Shown one piece after another: positions 11,594 through 22,021 of a DNA stretch of 64,000 nucleotides (the first letter of the stretch is position 1; every line of letters starts with the position of its first letter). The notes below the pieces were generated by a model. It was not told the DNA's origin. It was given only the letters and a program-made list of their open reading frames with translations, and made no database searches. Made by a program: the position numbers and the translations under genes. The stretch covers positions 171,594 to 235,593 of IMG/VR virus record IMGVR_UViG_3300026518_000006. One strand, written 5' to 3'.

Positions 11594-11605
11594 AATACAT
11601 CTCCT

Positions 11606-11824
11606 TTATTCATCTATATAATCTGCATCGTGTCCGTGTCTTCGCATATCCCGCACTACTTTTCTGTGAAAGTTTGGGTCTGTTGAAGTACAACCAAAAT
11701 TGATTGTGTTTCCATTTTCATCACGCCACAAATCACCGTGTTTAGCGTGCCTTACCTTTTTATACCCGTGTTTAGTGGATAGTGCCTCTAATTTTTTGAT
11801 GGCTGTTGAGAGTTTCAAATGCAA
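11606..11824 (-). CDS. HicA-like small basic protein
   Basis: 72 aa; GY..VR..KH..W......TI pattern resembling the HicA dsRBD-like fold; no adjacent HicB seen. Confidence 0.4.
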   Translation of the reverse strand: MHLKLSTAIKKLEALSTKHGYKKVRHAKHGDLWRDENGNTINFGCTSTDPNFHRKVVRDMRRHGHDADYIDE

Positions 11825-12630
11825 CCCTTTTGTGGTAATATAATAGTATAGTGTAAAATTATTTAAAATAAACTTAAATTATAGAGGGGATGTTGGGATT
11901 GGGAAAAGCCGATTGGCTTAACCCAAGATAATTTCTTGTTTTGGTACTTCAATACCTGAGATTTGTTGTAGATAGCCCTGAAGAAGGTCGTTATTTTCAG
12001 CTTCAACAGAACATAAAATATGTTCGTTTTTCAGCTCTAATTCAGGCACATTTTGACCGATATGTGCTTCCAAGAATGGAGTTAAAAGGAATGGATTTCC
12101 ATTACCACCTTGGATGCTGTACGGTTTTTTAATAACAATGCCACTATTGGTCTGCTCTGTGTCGCCTATTAAGATTACATTGTTTGTTAAAACAGTGATT
12201 TTATTCATTATCTTATAGCTTTTTCTTCTTTTTCTTCTTTTTCTTCTTCATACTCAGGAGTAACTTCAGTAAATGTGCCTGTTCTTGACAACAGAAAATT
12301 AACAAGATACTGTACAGCATAAGTTAAATCCCGTATTTCAAGTTTTTTTGCTCCAATTTTATCATTGATTTCAATGGCTTGAGTAAAAGCATTTTTACTT
12401 TCTTCGTCAAGTGAATTAAATAAATATTGTTTATTATCAATATTTACAATTTTTTGTTCTGCTTCTTGCTCAGTTTGTGGATTTGGTAGTGTCATAACTT
12501 TCCTTTTATTTTATTTTATTTTATTTTATACCATTATCTTTAATATAAACTTAAATCATATTTTAAAACATAATAGTTTAAGTTATAATTAAATCCTTTA
12601 AGGTAAAATAGCAGATAAAAAAGGATGTAA

Positions 12631-13437
12631 GTGATAGAGAAAAGTGAAAAACAATATCTCGATATTATGAGAGATATTCTTGATAATGGTGAGATAAAAG
12701 ACACTAGAAACGGCAGAACCAAATCTATATTTGGCGCACAAATTCGTGTCACAGAGTTAAAAGAGGGTAGATTCCCCCTTATGACTTCACGAAAAAACTT
12801 CTATAAAGGCATTGCGGGTGAGTGGAGTGCTTTCCTAAATCAACCAAAAACAATCGAAGACTTCAGAAGCAGAGGGTGTAATTATTGGGATTTATGGGGT
12901 AATGAAGATGGGTCTATAAACATTGATTATGGCAACGCTTGGTCGGCTTTTGATGGTGATGAAAACTATAATCAAATTGAGTATGTGTTAAATCTGTTGA
13001 AAAATGACCCGAATTCAAGACGAATTATTTTTACAGGTTGGAACCCAAAGAACATTATAGATGATACTTTAAATTTACCTTGCTGTCATCATACATATCA
13101 ATTTGTAGTTTCTGAGGGAAAATACCTAAATTTAAAATGGATTCAAAGAAGTGTTGATTGGGCGTTAGGCAACAATTTAACCTTAGCTTCACTGATGTTA
13201 TTGAGTTTTGCACGGGCTTCAGGTTATGAAGTTGGGGAAATTCTAATGGATTATACAGATGTACACATTTACGAAGAACATTGGGAAAATGCTCGAAAAC
13301 AAATTGAAGCCGAAACATTTAGATTTCCAACTTTCGCCGATACTATATCTAACGATATTTATGCTTTTAATAAAGATATGATAAATCTTCAAAACTATCA
13401 ATATAGTGATAGTATCAAATATACACTAAAGGCTTAA
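12631..13437 (+). CDS. thyA: Thymidylate synthase
   Basis: RNGRTKSIFG, FPLMT, DPNSRRI, catalytic LPCCH, QRSVD and HIYEEH motifs. Confidence 0.93.
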   Translation: MIEKSEKQYLDIMRDILDNGEIKDTRNGRTKSIFGAQIRVTELKEGRFPLMTSRKNFYKGIAGEWSAFLNQPKTIEDFRSRGCNYWDLWGNEDGSINIDYGNAWSAFDGDENYNQIEYVLNLLKNDPNSRRIIFTGWNPKNIIDDTLNLPCCHHTYQFVVSEGKYLNLKWIQRSVDWALGNNLTLASLMLLSFARASGYEVGEILMDYTDVHIYEEHWENARKQIEAETFRFPTFADTISNDIYAFNKDMINLQNYQYSDSIKYTLKA

Positions 13438-13438
13438 A

Positions 13439-13816
13439 ATGATTGTAGGAATGTTACTTATAGACCAAGACGATATATATGTTAGAGAGGATGGCTCTTT
13501 ACCAAAAAGACCCGCTTTTGATAAAGGCTTATTATTGGGTGTTGCTACTAATCAAGTTGGTATTTGTAGTGATAACACAAAAAAGGATTTTCCCCCATCA
13601 CTATTAAAGGTTATGAAAGATATAACAAATTCAGACAAAGGTGATTTGGCAATGAGTCCTGACAAGATAGATAAAAATGCCCATCTATTAATAATTAGTA
13701 GAAGTAGCGACAGTGGACTTGGGGGTAAGAAATTTCGTTTTGATAAATTCAAACGATTAGTATCTATGTATAGCCTTGAAATTTGGGTTAGAGATTATGA
13801 GAAGGAGATAAAATGA
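13439..13816 (+). CDS. Divergent dihydrofolate reductase-like protein
   Basis: Directly follows thyA; DGSLP.....DK and I.S.NT....P align loosely with the DHFR N-terminal motifs. Confidence 0.45.
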   Translation: MIVGMLLIDQDDIYVREDGSLPKRPAFDKGLLLGVATNQVGICSDNTKKDFPPSLLKVMKDITNSDKGDLAMSPDKIDKNAHLLIISRSSDSGLGGKKFRFDKFKRLVSMYSLEIWVRDYEKEIK

Positions 13817-14033
13817 CACCACCTATAAATGCCCCTGAAGATAAGAATATCGAGTATGATGATTTAAGCTCTGATGGGAAAATGATTGTAAGTATTTTTG
13901 AAGAGAGTAGAAAAATAGACACATATATGAGCCAATCAGAATATGGTAGATTTATTAAACATATGTCGTTTTCAGAGCGTGAAAAACTAATTACAGAAAT
14001 GTTATTTAAAATAAAACTTGAAAAGGAAAGTAG

Positions 14034-14594
14034 ATGAATTTTACAACAAAAGAACTTGAAGAACTAACAGAAATGTGGCTTAGAGATAGAAAGATTACAA
14101 TCAATGGGGTCACTAATAGCCAAATTATTAAATTTTTAGAAGAATTTGGGGAAACTGCGTTAGGTATTTTACAAAAAGATAGTAATGAAATTAAAGATGG
14201 TTTAGGGGATATGGCTGTTGTTATGACTGCTATTACAGGGCTTATTATCCGTGATACTCCTGAATTGTCTAAAAATGGTGTGCCGAACATTTTAGATGTA
14301 TATATAGAAAAAGACTATAGAAACCACTCTATTGAAACACCCGAAAGACAAGTGTTAAAGCTCATTGTATCGCTTGGAAAGACTTGTGGGTATATTGCAC
14401 GGGGTAAGAACGAAGAAGCCTTTAAAATGCTTTCTGAGAACTTTGACAATATTGCACTGTTGGCTATCGCAAACGGATTTGATATTAATGAGAGTTGGAA
14501 TATTGCTTATAATGAAATAAAAGACCGAAAGGGATTTTTAAACGAAGATGGGATTTTTATCAAACAGTCTGATATTGATGAAGGAAAAGCATAA
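14034..14594 (+). CDS. MazG-like NTP pyrophosphohydrolase
   Basis: KFLEEFGE...EIKDGLGDMAVV...AYNEIKDRKG. Confidence 0.8.
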   Translation: MNFTTKELEELTEMWLRDRKITINGVTNSQIIKFLEEFGETALGILQKDSNEIKDGLGDMAVVMTAITGLIIRDTPELSKNGVPNILDVYIEKDYRNHSIETPERQVLKLIVSLGKTCGYIARGKNEEAFKMLSENFDNIALLAIANGFDINESWNIAYNEIKDRKGFLNEDGIFIKQSDIDEGKA

Positions 14595-15208
14595 TGGAAA
14601 AGACTATCATTTTAATCAACGGAAAAAAACGAAGTGGTAAAGATTTTAGTGCGGATATACTGCAAGATAAGTTGAGTAGTTTAGGAGGAGCAGATAAGAT
14701 TTCTTTTGCTACTCCACTTAAACAAATTATAGCTGATACATTCAATATACCTATGGAAGACTTAGAAACCTTTAAAAATGATGTGAATGGTTATGGTATT
14801 GAGTGTAAAGCCTACCCGAACAATCAGCCTGAAGTGACATTTTTATACACAAATTTCAGAACTATTTTGCAAAGATTTGGTACAGAAGGTATGAAGCCTG
14901 TGTTCGGGAAAAGTGTTTGGGCGGATATCACCTATAAGAACTCCATTGAAAGTGACAGTAAATATATCATTATACCTGATTTTAGATTTTATGTAGAACA
15001 CGATGTTTTTTATAAACCATTTAAAGAGGGGAAAATAAAGCTTGTCACCCTAAAAATAGAAAACAGTGATGTGGAGGTTGATGATGCTCACGCTTCTGAA
15101 AAAGAACTTGATGATTTCCACTTTGATTATATTATAGATAATACAGGATATACAGAGCATCTGCCTGAGTATTTGGACAGCTTTATAGATACCCATTTAA
15201 AAGATTAA
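14594..15208 (+). CDS. Deoxynucleoside monophosphate kinase (T4 gp1-like)
   Basis: GKKRSGKD P-loop, SFATPLK, RTILQRFGTE, PDFRF and HASE motifs. Confidence 0.88.
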   Translation: MEKTIILINGKKRSGKDFSADILQDKLSSLGGADKISFATPLKQIIADTFNIPMEDLETFKNDVNGYGIECKAYPNNQPEVTFLYTNFRTILQRFGTEGMKPVFGKSVWADITYKNSIESDSKYIIIPDFRFYVEHDVFYKPFKEGKIKLVTLKIENSDVEVDDAHASEKELDDFHFDYIIDNTGYTEHLPEYLDSFIDTHLKD

Positions 15209-15254
15209 TTTTTAATTTTTATAAATAACATAATAACCTTATAAGGGGACTACA

Positions 15255-15740
15255 GTGGGTATCAAGTACCAATTAAAATTAAATGAAATGCTTGGAAAAT
15301 TATTGACTAATGAGATTTCAGCAAGTTCAATGTATGTTGAGGCTTCAGGATATATAACGGATATTACTCTTTCAAAAGAAATTTTGACACACGCTGAAGA
15401 AGAATTTGGTCATTTTCAAAAACTTATGAAATTTTGTATTAATCACGGACTAAAAACAAATTATGATTTTGACAGAACTGTGATTAAGAAAGTTCCAAAG
15501 AATAAAAAGCAGATAATCAAGTTGATTCAAAATCTTGAGCAACAAGCAATACAAGATTATAAAGAGGCTACTATTTTTGCAAGACAAAATAATGATATCG
15601 AAGCTGAAGCATTATTTACTGAAATAATGAATGATGAGATAGAGCACTTTGATGATTTAGCACAAGAAACAGGTCAAACAAGAAGATTGGGCGAAGGTTT
15701 TAAAAACTTTAAAGCTCAATTTGAAAAGATTGAGGACTAA
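15255..15740 (+). CDS. Ferritin/bacterioferritin-like four-helix protein
   Basis: E...EEFGH...EQQAI..Y...DEIEH ferroxidase-type residues; late promoter TATAAATA at 15220-15227. Confidence 0.75.
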   Translation: MGIKYQLKLNEMLGKLLTNEISASSMYVEASGYITDITLSKEILTHAEEEFGHFQKLMKFCINHGLKTNYDFDRTVIKKVPKNKKQIIKLIQNLEQQAIQDYKEATIFARQNNDIEAEALFTEIMNDEIEHFDDLAQETGQTRRLGEGFKNFKAQFEKIED

Positions 15741-15766
15741 TCAATTACCTTCGGTTAGTCCTTTTT
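15734..15766 (+). terminator. Rho-independent terminator
   Basis: GGACTAA...TTAGTCC stem followed by TTTTT. Confidence 0.6.
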
Positions 15767-15967
15767 AGTACTTAATTATTAGTCGTAGTGCTCAACCTTT
15801 TTCATCTTCTTTCTGTTGTATCTCTTTTTGTTTTGTGTGTTTCGGATAGTCCCTATCTGACACTCACCACGAATACCTGCTAAAATATTCAAATCCCTTG
15901 GTTTAACAGTCTTTTTATTTTTCTTTTTCTTAGCCATTTTCAATCCTTTTATAATATTTATAAGACT

Positions 15968-16065
15968 ATTATACAATAATCTTTGAAAGAAGTCAAGGAT
16001 TTTTGTGTATTTTTTGAGTATTTTGAGGACTTTTAAAGATTTTACTTTTTTAAAAAGTAAAATCT
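15968..16065 (-). promoter_or_regulatory. Early cassette: palindrome plus sigma70 promoter
   Basis: Palindrome 16037-16065; TTGACT-N17-TATAAT at 15996-15968; AAGGATTGAAAATG RBS/start at 15937. Confidence 0.85.
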
Positions 16066-16709
16066 CTTGAAGAGGTGAGAAAAGGTTATATCCCGCACTC
16101 AGGGTAACGCTCATATATACTTAGTAGTTTTTCATTTAGGGTATCGACACTTTTTTGTAGGCTTTCGTTTTCTTTCTGTAGAGATTCTATTATGTCTTGA
16201 GAATATTCCACCTCTCCATTTAAATCTTTAATTTCATTGATAGCCACATCTATCTGAAGTTCAAATTCTTTAATTTCTTCATTTGTTTTTTCGATAATAG
16301 AACAAAGTGGACATTCCATACCGTATCCGATAATGGGGTTATGTCTATTGGCAAAATCACCAACACACACCCACAAAAATTCTTCATCTTCCACGATAGA
16401 ATGTAGGTACTCCTCTATCTCTTTGATGTTTGAAGTCAAGTTATATTTGGCTACCATTTAATTTATTTCCATCACAATGTTTTGAGGTTCGCTATAGAAT
16501 ACTGCTTTGAATACCTTGATGTTCTTTTTTATTGTGGGGTAGTTCAGCATATATTTAAATACCTCATCTTTAGTAAACAACATTGCTTCTTTAAGGTTTT
16601 CTGTGGTGTCAAAACCACCTGTCGAATCATCAATTGTTTTAAAGAATTTCCCTTCATACTCAATATAAAATAGAATATCTTTGATGTCTGTTTTTCTCAT
16701 AATAACTCC

Positions 16710-17267
16710 TTATACAGTTACAGTTTTATAGTACTCTAAGATTCGCCCGCAATCACCACATCTATATTGTGCTTTTTTCTTTTGTACTTTGTTGTGTCTA
16801 ATTGTTGATAGATGCTTCATAGCTTCACAGTCGCATTCATAGAGGTGGATTTGTTTTTTCTTTTGTACTTGTTTTGTTATTGTAGCTCTTTTTAATGCTT
16901 CAGAATTGTTAAATGCTGTAGTGGTTGATTTTCCGTTAGTTCCCAAAATTCTACAAACAGCTTTGAACTCTTTTCCGTGTGGTTGTACTCTTCGATGATT
17001 GTCATATCCTGTAGGAAACCTTTTGTTCACAATAATGTGAGCCAATTCGTGAAGCACAACTTCTTTAATGTAAAGGTCGGCATTTTCTTCAAGCAGAAGA
17101 GGGTTCAGTCTCATAGTGATTTTGTTGTTATACACTACTTTTCCCAAAGCATTTTGAGTTGAAAGGTCATATTTTACATCAAATTCACCAATATCGACAT
17201 CATAAATAAGGTTTGCTCTGTTTCTAACATACTTGATGGCTTCTTGTACTTTGTTTTTGTAATCCAT
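16710..17267 (-). CDS. SprT-like zinc metalloprotease
   Basis: LHELAH, PHGKEFK and C-terminal YECDC...YRCGDC zinc ribbon. Confidence 0.9.
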   Translation of the reverse strand: MDYKNKVQEAIKYVRNRANLIYDVDIGEFDVKYDLSTQNALGKVVYNNKITMRLNPLLLEENADLYIKEVVLHELAHIIVNKRFPTGYDNHRRVQPHGKEFKAVCRILGTNGKSTTTAFNNSEALKRATITKQVQKKKQIHLYECDCEAMKHLSTIRHNKVQKKKAQYRCGDCGRILEYYKTVTV

Positions 17268-17623
17268 TACTTTTCCTTAATCAATTTGTATAATTGGGCT
17301 CATTATAGCCTCTTCACGCTCGACATCAATATCATAATCACATTCACCCGACAAAATTTCTTCTTTATTAATAGAAACTCTCCATTTTTTACTTTCAACT
17401 TCAACTTCCATAATGTCATCAGAATCTTTATCAATATAAATGGCATAAGTAACGATTGGAATATTGGTATTCAAGTCAACTGAAACTGTGCCGAAATCGA
17501 TATTGTCGATGTCTTCTAAAGTTTCTCTGTCAAACCCGTATTCAACAAGAGCTTCCAAAGCCTCTTTTGGTAACTGTGGTATTTGTTGTTTCATTTTCAA
17601 TCCTTTATCTCTTTTTATACCCT

Positions 17624-17652
17624 ATTATACAATAATCTTTAGAAGAAGTCAA
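17624..17652 (-). promoter_or_regulatory. Early sigma70 promoter repeat
   Basis: TTGACTTCTTCTAAAGATTATTGTATAAT. Confidence 0.85.
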
Positions 17653-17690
17653 GTGGTTTTGAGAGATTTTTGTGTACTTAAATAAAGTAC

Positions 17691-18299
17691 TTAAATAAAA
17701 TACTGAGGAAAGTGTTCTTTACCGAACTCAATATATTTTTGTTTAATGTCTTTGTCTAACTCTACATTAGGGTAATAATATTTGTTTTCAAATGAAGTTA
17801 TTTGGTTATTATAACAATAGAATTTGCCCTCAATATCAGGACAGTATTTAAATGAAGTTATTTGATTATCACTACAATTAATATCACCTTTAATATCAGG
17901 ACAGTATTTAAATGAGGTTATCTCGTTATAACTACAATAAAAATAACCACCAATATCAGGACAATACTTGAATGAGGTTATTTTGTTTCCCCTACAATTA
18001 AAATCCCCCTTAATATCAGGACAATACTCAAAGGAAGTTATTTGATTTCCACTACAATAAAAATCACCCTTAATATCAGGACAAAACTTAAATGAGGTTA
18101 TCTCGTTATAGACACAACTAAAGTCACCCTTAACATCAGGACAGTATTCAAATGAAGTTATTTTGTTATAACTACAATCAAAATTACCCTCAACTCTTTT
18201 ATAACAACCCTCTAATGAAGTCAATCCTTTTTCAGAGACATCAAGGTCTCCATAATAGACTTCATTTGATTTGTCTCCGTAGAGGTCTTTGAATGTCAT
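17691..18299 (-). CDS. Leucine-rich-repeat-like protein, paralog 1 (7 x 20-aa repeats)
   Basis: LTSLEGC followed by 60-bp repeats encoding NxITSFxYCPDIKGDFxC; ends FPQYFI. Confidence 0.85.
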   Translation of the reverse strand: MTFKDLYGDKSNEVYYGDLDVSEKGLTSLEGCYKRVEGNFDCSYNKITSFEYCPDVKGDFSCVYNEITSFKFCPDIKGDFYCSGNQITSFEYCPDIKGDFNCRGNKITSFKYCPDIGGYFYCSYNEITSFKYCPDIKGDINCSDNQITSFKYCPDIEGKFYCYNNQITSFENKYYYPNVELDKDIKQKYIEFGKEHFPQYFI

Positions 18300-18318
18300 T
18301 TGAGTCCTTTTTTATCTT

Positions 18319-18347
18319 ATTATACAATAATCTTTAGTAGAAGTCAA
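18319..18347 (-). promoter_or_regulatory. Early sigma70 promoter repeat driving LRR paralog 1
   Basis: TTGACTTCTACTAAAGATTATTGTATAAT; the -35 overlaps the upstream gene's TGA. Confidence 0.85.
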
Positions 18348-19642
18348 GGCATAAAAACCTCTATAGCAATCGTAGTGAAATATTTTACTTCATTAAGTGC
18401 TTCTTTTTCAGTAATATCAGCACCTATCCACTTTCCCTTATCATCATACAGTCCATATAAAGCTTTTCTATATGCTTCTTTATCTGTCATTCCTGCAAAA
18501 TCAAAGTAATATTTTCCATTATAGATATTAAAAAAATTAAAAACTTTGTTATAAAAGTCCTTGTTTTTAACAATAGGAACCTGAAAACCTTTTTCTTTTG
18601 CCATTTCAACAGCTACACTTTTATAATGGTTGAGAATTTCAGGGTACAAGTCTTTAAGCCCTTTCAGTAAGAAAAAAATCTCATAAACAGAGCGGTTTTT
18701 AAGTTCTTCTGCTGTTTTCTCAGCAAGCACCTCATCATTATTATCAACTGATTTTTTGATATTCTGATAAAACTTTTTTATTTCTTTTACTGTCATAATT
18801 TACCTTTCTATTTTGACTTTATTGATTGGATATTCATCACCAAACTTTCCTTGAAGTTCATCAGTGTTACACACAACAACTTTGCTTGTACAGTATCTCA
18901 CTTTATAAACATTTCCGCCTACTTTTAGTGTACCTTTTGTTTTATTAAAAAGTTCCTTTCATCACTTCTTCCCCATTTTTTCTTCTACTTCTTTATACTT
19001 ATTCTCCACATTAACCAACTCCATCTCTGCTTTAGAAAGCTCATATTCATACTTGTGCATAGAGTTTTTCAAAAGGTTTCTTGTCAATGACAACTCTTCG
19101 CCCATTGTATTCAATAATTCCAACTCAACCTTTGCTTTTTCGACATTTTCCTTTTTGAGCCTAACCACATTCTTTTTAATACTAAGCTCTTTTTCAAAAG
19201 GGTTCTCGTTTTTATTGACTTTCTCAATCAAATCCTTTGTCATTTCACTCACATCAGCTTTACCCTTAATACCATTAAAGCCTGTACTATAATTAGCTCT
19301 TGTGGTTACTTTGTTATATCTCTTTTTCTGATTGATTTTTGCCTCGACTCTTTTTTGGTTGATTAGGTAGAAATCGATATAGATTTCTTGAAGTATCTGT
19401 GAATTCGAAACAAAAGCGTTGTTTTTTGGTTTTCCGTTATCGTCATAATAGTCGTTACAGCCATATATCGAAACTCTATCAACAATAGGACTTGTTTTTT
19501 CGTTATAGTCGCTAATACCAACAATCTCCATAACTTCATCAACTTTTACTTTAAGATTTGGTCTATCTTTAACAAACTCTTTCAAACTTTTTAGGTCAGT
19601 TACTTGTACCATTTTCAATCCTTTTCTCTTTAAATATACTGT

Positions 19643-19731
19643 ATTATACAATAATCTTTAATAGAAGTCAAGTGGTTTTGAGGACTTTTTGATGACTTTT
19701 AAAGATTTTACTTTTCAAAAAAGTAAAATCT
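19643..19731 (-). promoter_or_regulatory. Early cassette: palindrome plus sigma70 promoter
   Basis: Palindrome 19703-19731; promoter 19671-19643. Confidence 0.85.
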
Positions 19732-19760
19732 CTTGAAGAGATTAGGAGATAAGAAGACGA

Positions 19761-20075
19761 TTAAAAATCATCTTCTTCTTTAGGAAGTTCTTGACTTGGT
19801 AGAACCTGAAAACCAACGGTGTCTTGTGTGCCATCGCCATTGCTGTCGAATTTTCTAAGGTTTAATTTATAAACATTAGACCCTATCACAATATCATAAG
19901 ATTTCATATTGACTCCATCGCCTGTCATATTTTCAATATGCTTGAAAACAAATTTATCGCCATATTTTCCTTTAAGCCAACCCTCTGCATCTTCAACTGC
20001 TTTAGAAAGATTAAACTCTTCACTTTCTTTTAGTTTCTTGTAATTTTTAAATTTCATAATATTTCCTATTATCAC
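19761..20075 (-). CDS. Late hypothetical protein (possible head-internal protein)
   Basis: TATAAATA on the minus strand at 20083-20090; N-terminal MKFKNYKKLKE resembles cleaved leaders of T4-like internal proteins. Confidence 0.4.
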   Translation of the reverse strand: MIIGNIMKFKNYKKLKESEEFNLSKAVEDAEGWLKGKYGDKFVFKHIENMTGDGVNMKSYDIVIGSNVYKLNLRKFDSNGDGTQDTVGFQVLPSQELPKEEDDF

Positions 20076-20090
20076 TTTTTGCTATTTATA

Positions 20091-20714
20091 TTAGAAGCAG
20101 TTTAAGTTTCTTAAATCAGGATAGTCTTTCCAAGAGCCAAATTTTTTTGGTATATTGTGAATCTGATTTAACAACATAATACCTTTAGAGGCTTCATCAG
20201 GACTCATATTCATATGAAACCCACAAATAAGTTCGCTATTTGTGGTCACTTCATCAACAGAATTTAAATATCTACTTCTACCATCATAAGACAGCTTCTT
20301 TAGTACTTCATAAGCATTTTTGTCATCAAGCAGAATAGCCCCGCCTTTGCCTATATTAAGACGCTTTTTCTGATGAAAAGAAAGACACATCATAGACCCA
20401 CCAATATACATATTTTCATCAAAATAAACAGCGCTGTCTATAATGTTGGCAAATACATAATAAAATCTTTCCCATTTATCATTATTAAATGAAACACTAC
20501 CAAAGAAATTCTTAATAGTCATAGGAACGCTCATATATGTGTGGGGTGTAATTTCGATATTCAGTGAGAGGTTTTCATATTTCTGTTTGTACCACAAAGA
20601 AAGAAATATTGCATTAGTACATCTATCTGTTAAGACTATATAAGGGGCACCCGTATATTCTTTTAGACGAGCTTCAAAAATATCTAAAAAGCAGTCGTTG
20701 TTTGTTATCATCAT
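20091..20714 (-). CDS. DegT/DnrJ/StrS-family PLP aminotransferase, compact form
   Basis: FEARLKEYTGA...CTNAIFL, IDSA, CLSFHQKK.L.IG.GGAIL, GFHMNM. Confidence 0.85.
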   Translation of the reverse strand: MMITNNDCFLDIFEARLKEYTGAPYIVLTDRCTNAIFLSLWYKQKYENLSLNIEITPHTYMSVPMTIKNFFGSVSFNNDKWERFYYVFANIIDSAVYFDENMYIGGSMMCLSFHQKKRLNIGKGGAILLDDKNAYEVLKKLSYDGRSRYLNSVDEVTTNSELICGFHMNMSPDEASKGIMLLNQIHNIPKKFGSWKDYPDLRNLNCF

Positions 20715-21343
20715 AAAGTGTTATCCAAAGTTCTAATGACTTCAAAAGATTCGGCATATTTCATTCCGCATTGTAATCCTCTATACTCTGCGTAAATCAA
20801 AATACCGCTAATACTTCTAGGGTCAGGGTATCGGTTTATTTCATCTTTATAGCACTCCATTGCGCTTATTTTTTTATCGATATGGTTGTGTATGTTCACA
20901 AAATGAGTAGGATTAAATGGTGATGGTTGTAAATTAGACCCCATCACTTCATAAGCAAATATTTTTTCTACAAAATATTTATTAGGTCGTGTTGCTACCA
21001 TTGTAGCTTCATACGCAATTTTATGGTCTTGATTTAAGTCATTTTTAGAGTGGGTGTACAGAATATTAGGAGACACAATATCTATAATATCCGCAATAAC
21101 ATCCGCAATTTTTGATTGCGGAACAGTTTCAAAATGTTGAGCTTCAAACTTTCCAAATAGAATGTTATTCCGACAAACACCCAATTCATTCACAGCACTG
21201 TAAATATGATTTAGGTCTGTTATTCTTCCTGTACTCAAATACAAAATAAAAACATCATCTTGGTTTTCGATATGTTTTGCGATAGTTCCACCACACCCAA
21301 GAACTTCGTCATCAGGGTGAGAAGCTATAAATAGAACATTCAT
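20711..21343 (-). CDS. PIG-L/LmbE-family N-acetylsugar deacetylase
   Basis: ASHPDDEVLGCGG, THS..DLNQDH and KISAM..Y motifs. Confidence 0.9.
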   Translation of the reverse strand: MNVLFIASHPDDEVLGCGGTIAKHIENQDDVFILYLSTGRITDLNHIYSAVNELGVCRNNILFGKFEAQHFETVPQSKIADVIADIIDIVSPNILYTHSKNDLNQDHKIAYEATMVATRPNKYFVEKIFAYEVMGSNLQPSPFNPTHFVNIHNHIDKKISAMECYKDEINRYPDPRSISGILIYAEYRGLQCGMKYAESFEVIRTLDNTL

Positions 21344-21688
21344 TTAACCCCCGTTTCGGTAGGTTCATATTCTTCTGATTTACCACAAAGACCAAAAACA
21401 CCACACAAAACATTAACTCTAAACCAAGACCACATCAATAATCCTTTTTCTTTTGAAATCTATTCACATTCCTCATCGGTTGGAATTGTACCACCGAGAT
21501 TGGACAACTTTTTCATTGCATCTGCCAATTTTGCTTCTTCTCTTGCGATTTTATCATCAAACATCTTTTTTCGTTTGACTTTTAGTTTGTTGATTTTTCT
21601 TTTAATACCAACAACAACACCTTGTTGTTTGACGATTTTAACACTGTCTACGATACCCATAATTATACCTTTTTGGTATATTTATAGG

Positions 21689-22021
21689 TTAATCTCTAAC
21701 ATCTTTCACACGGAGTCCATCAACTCTGTCTTCTGGTACCATTAAGTATTTTTCATCACCCTCGCTTCTAATCATTTCCAAATCAAAAGACGCTTGAGGG
21801 GCAAAAAATACTTGTTGACCAATCTCAAATTTTTTACAGTCAGGTCCTTTGCTTACGATGATGCCTGTGGATGGTCTGTCTGTTACGACTGATGGTTTTG
21901 ACGCTGTTATGATTATCCCTGAAGGGCTCTCTTTTTTTGTCATATCGGGTTTGTTTTTAACCACTAATAAATTGTCTTGTGGAGCAAACTCATACCACTC
22001 TAAATAACCTGTTTCAGTCAT
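21689..22021 (-). CDS. groES: GroES-like co-chaperonin
   Basis: P.DNLLVV...SPSGII.....P.TGIIVSKGP......GQQVFF. Confidence 0.8.
   Translation of the reverse strand: MTETGYLEWYEFAPQDNLLVVKNKPDMTKKESPSGIIITASKPSVVTDRPSTGIIVSKGPDCKKFEIGQQVFFAPQASFDLEMIRSEGDEKYLMVPEDRVDGLRVKDVRD

Noticed and set aside
17800-18180. 60-bp repeats as a CRISPR array or DGR template
   Set aside because: They are in-frame coding repeats with no unique spacers; no cas or reverse transcriptase gene is in the window.
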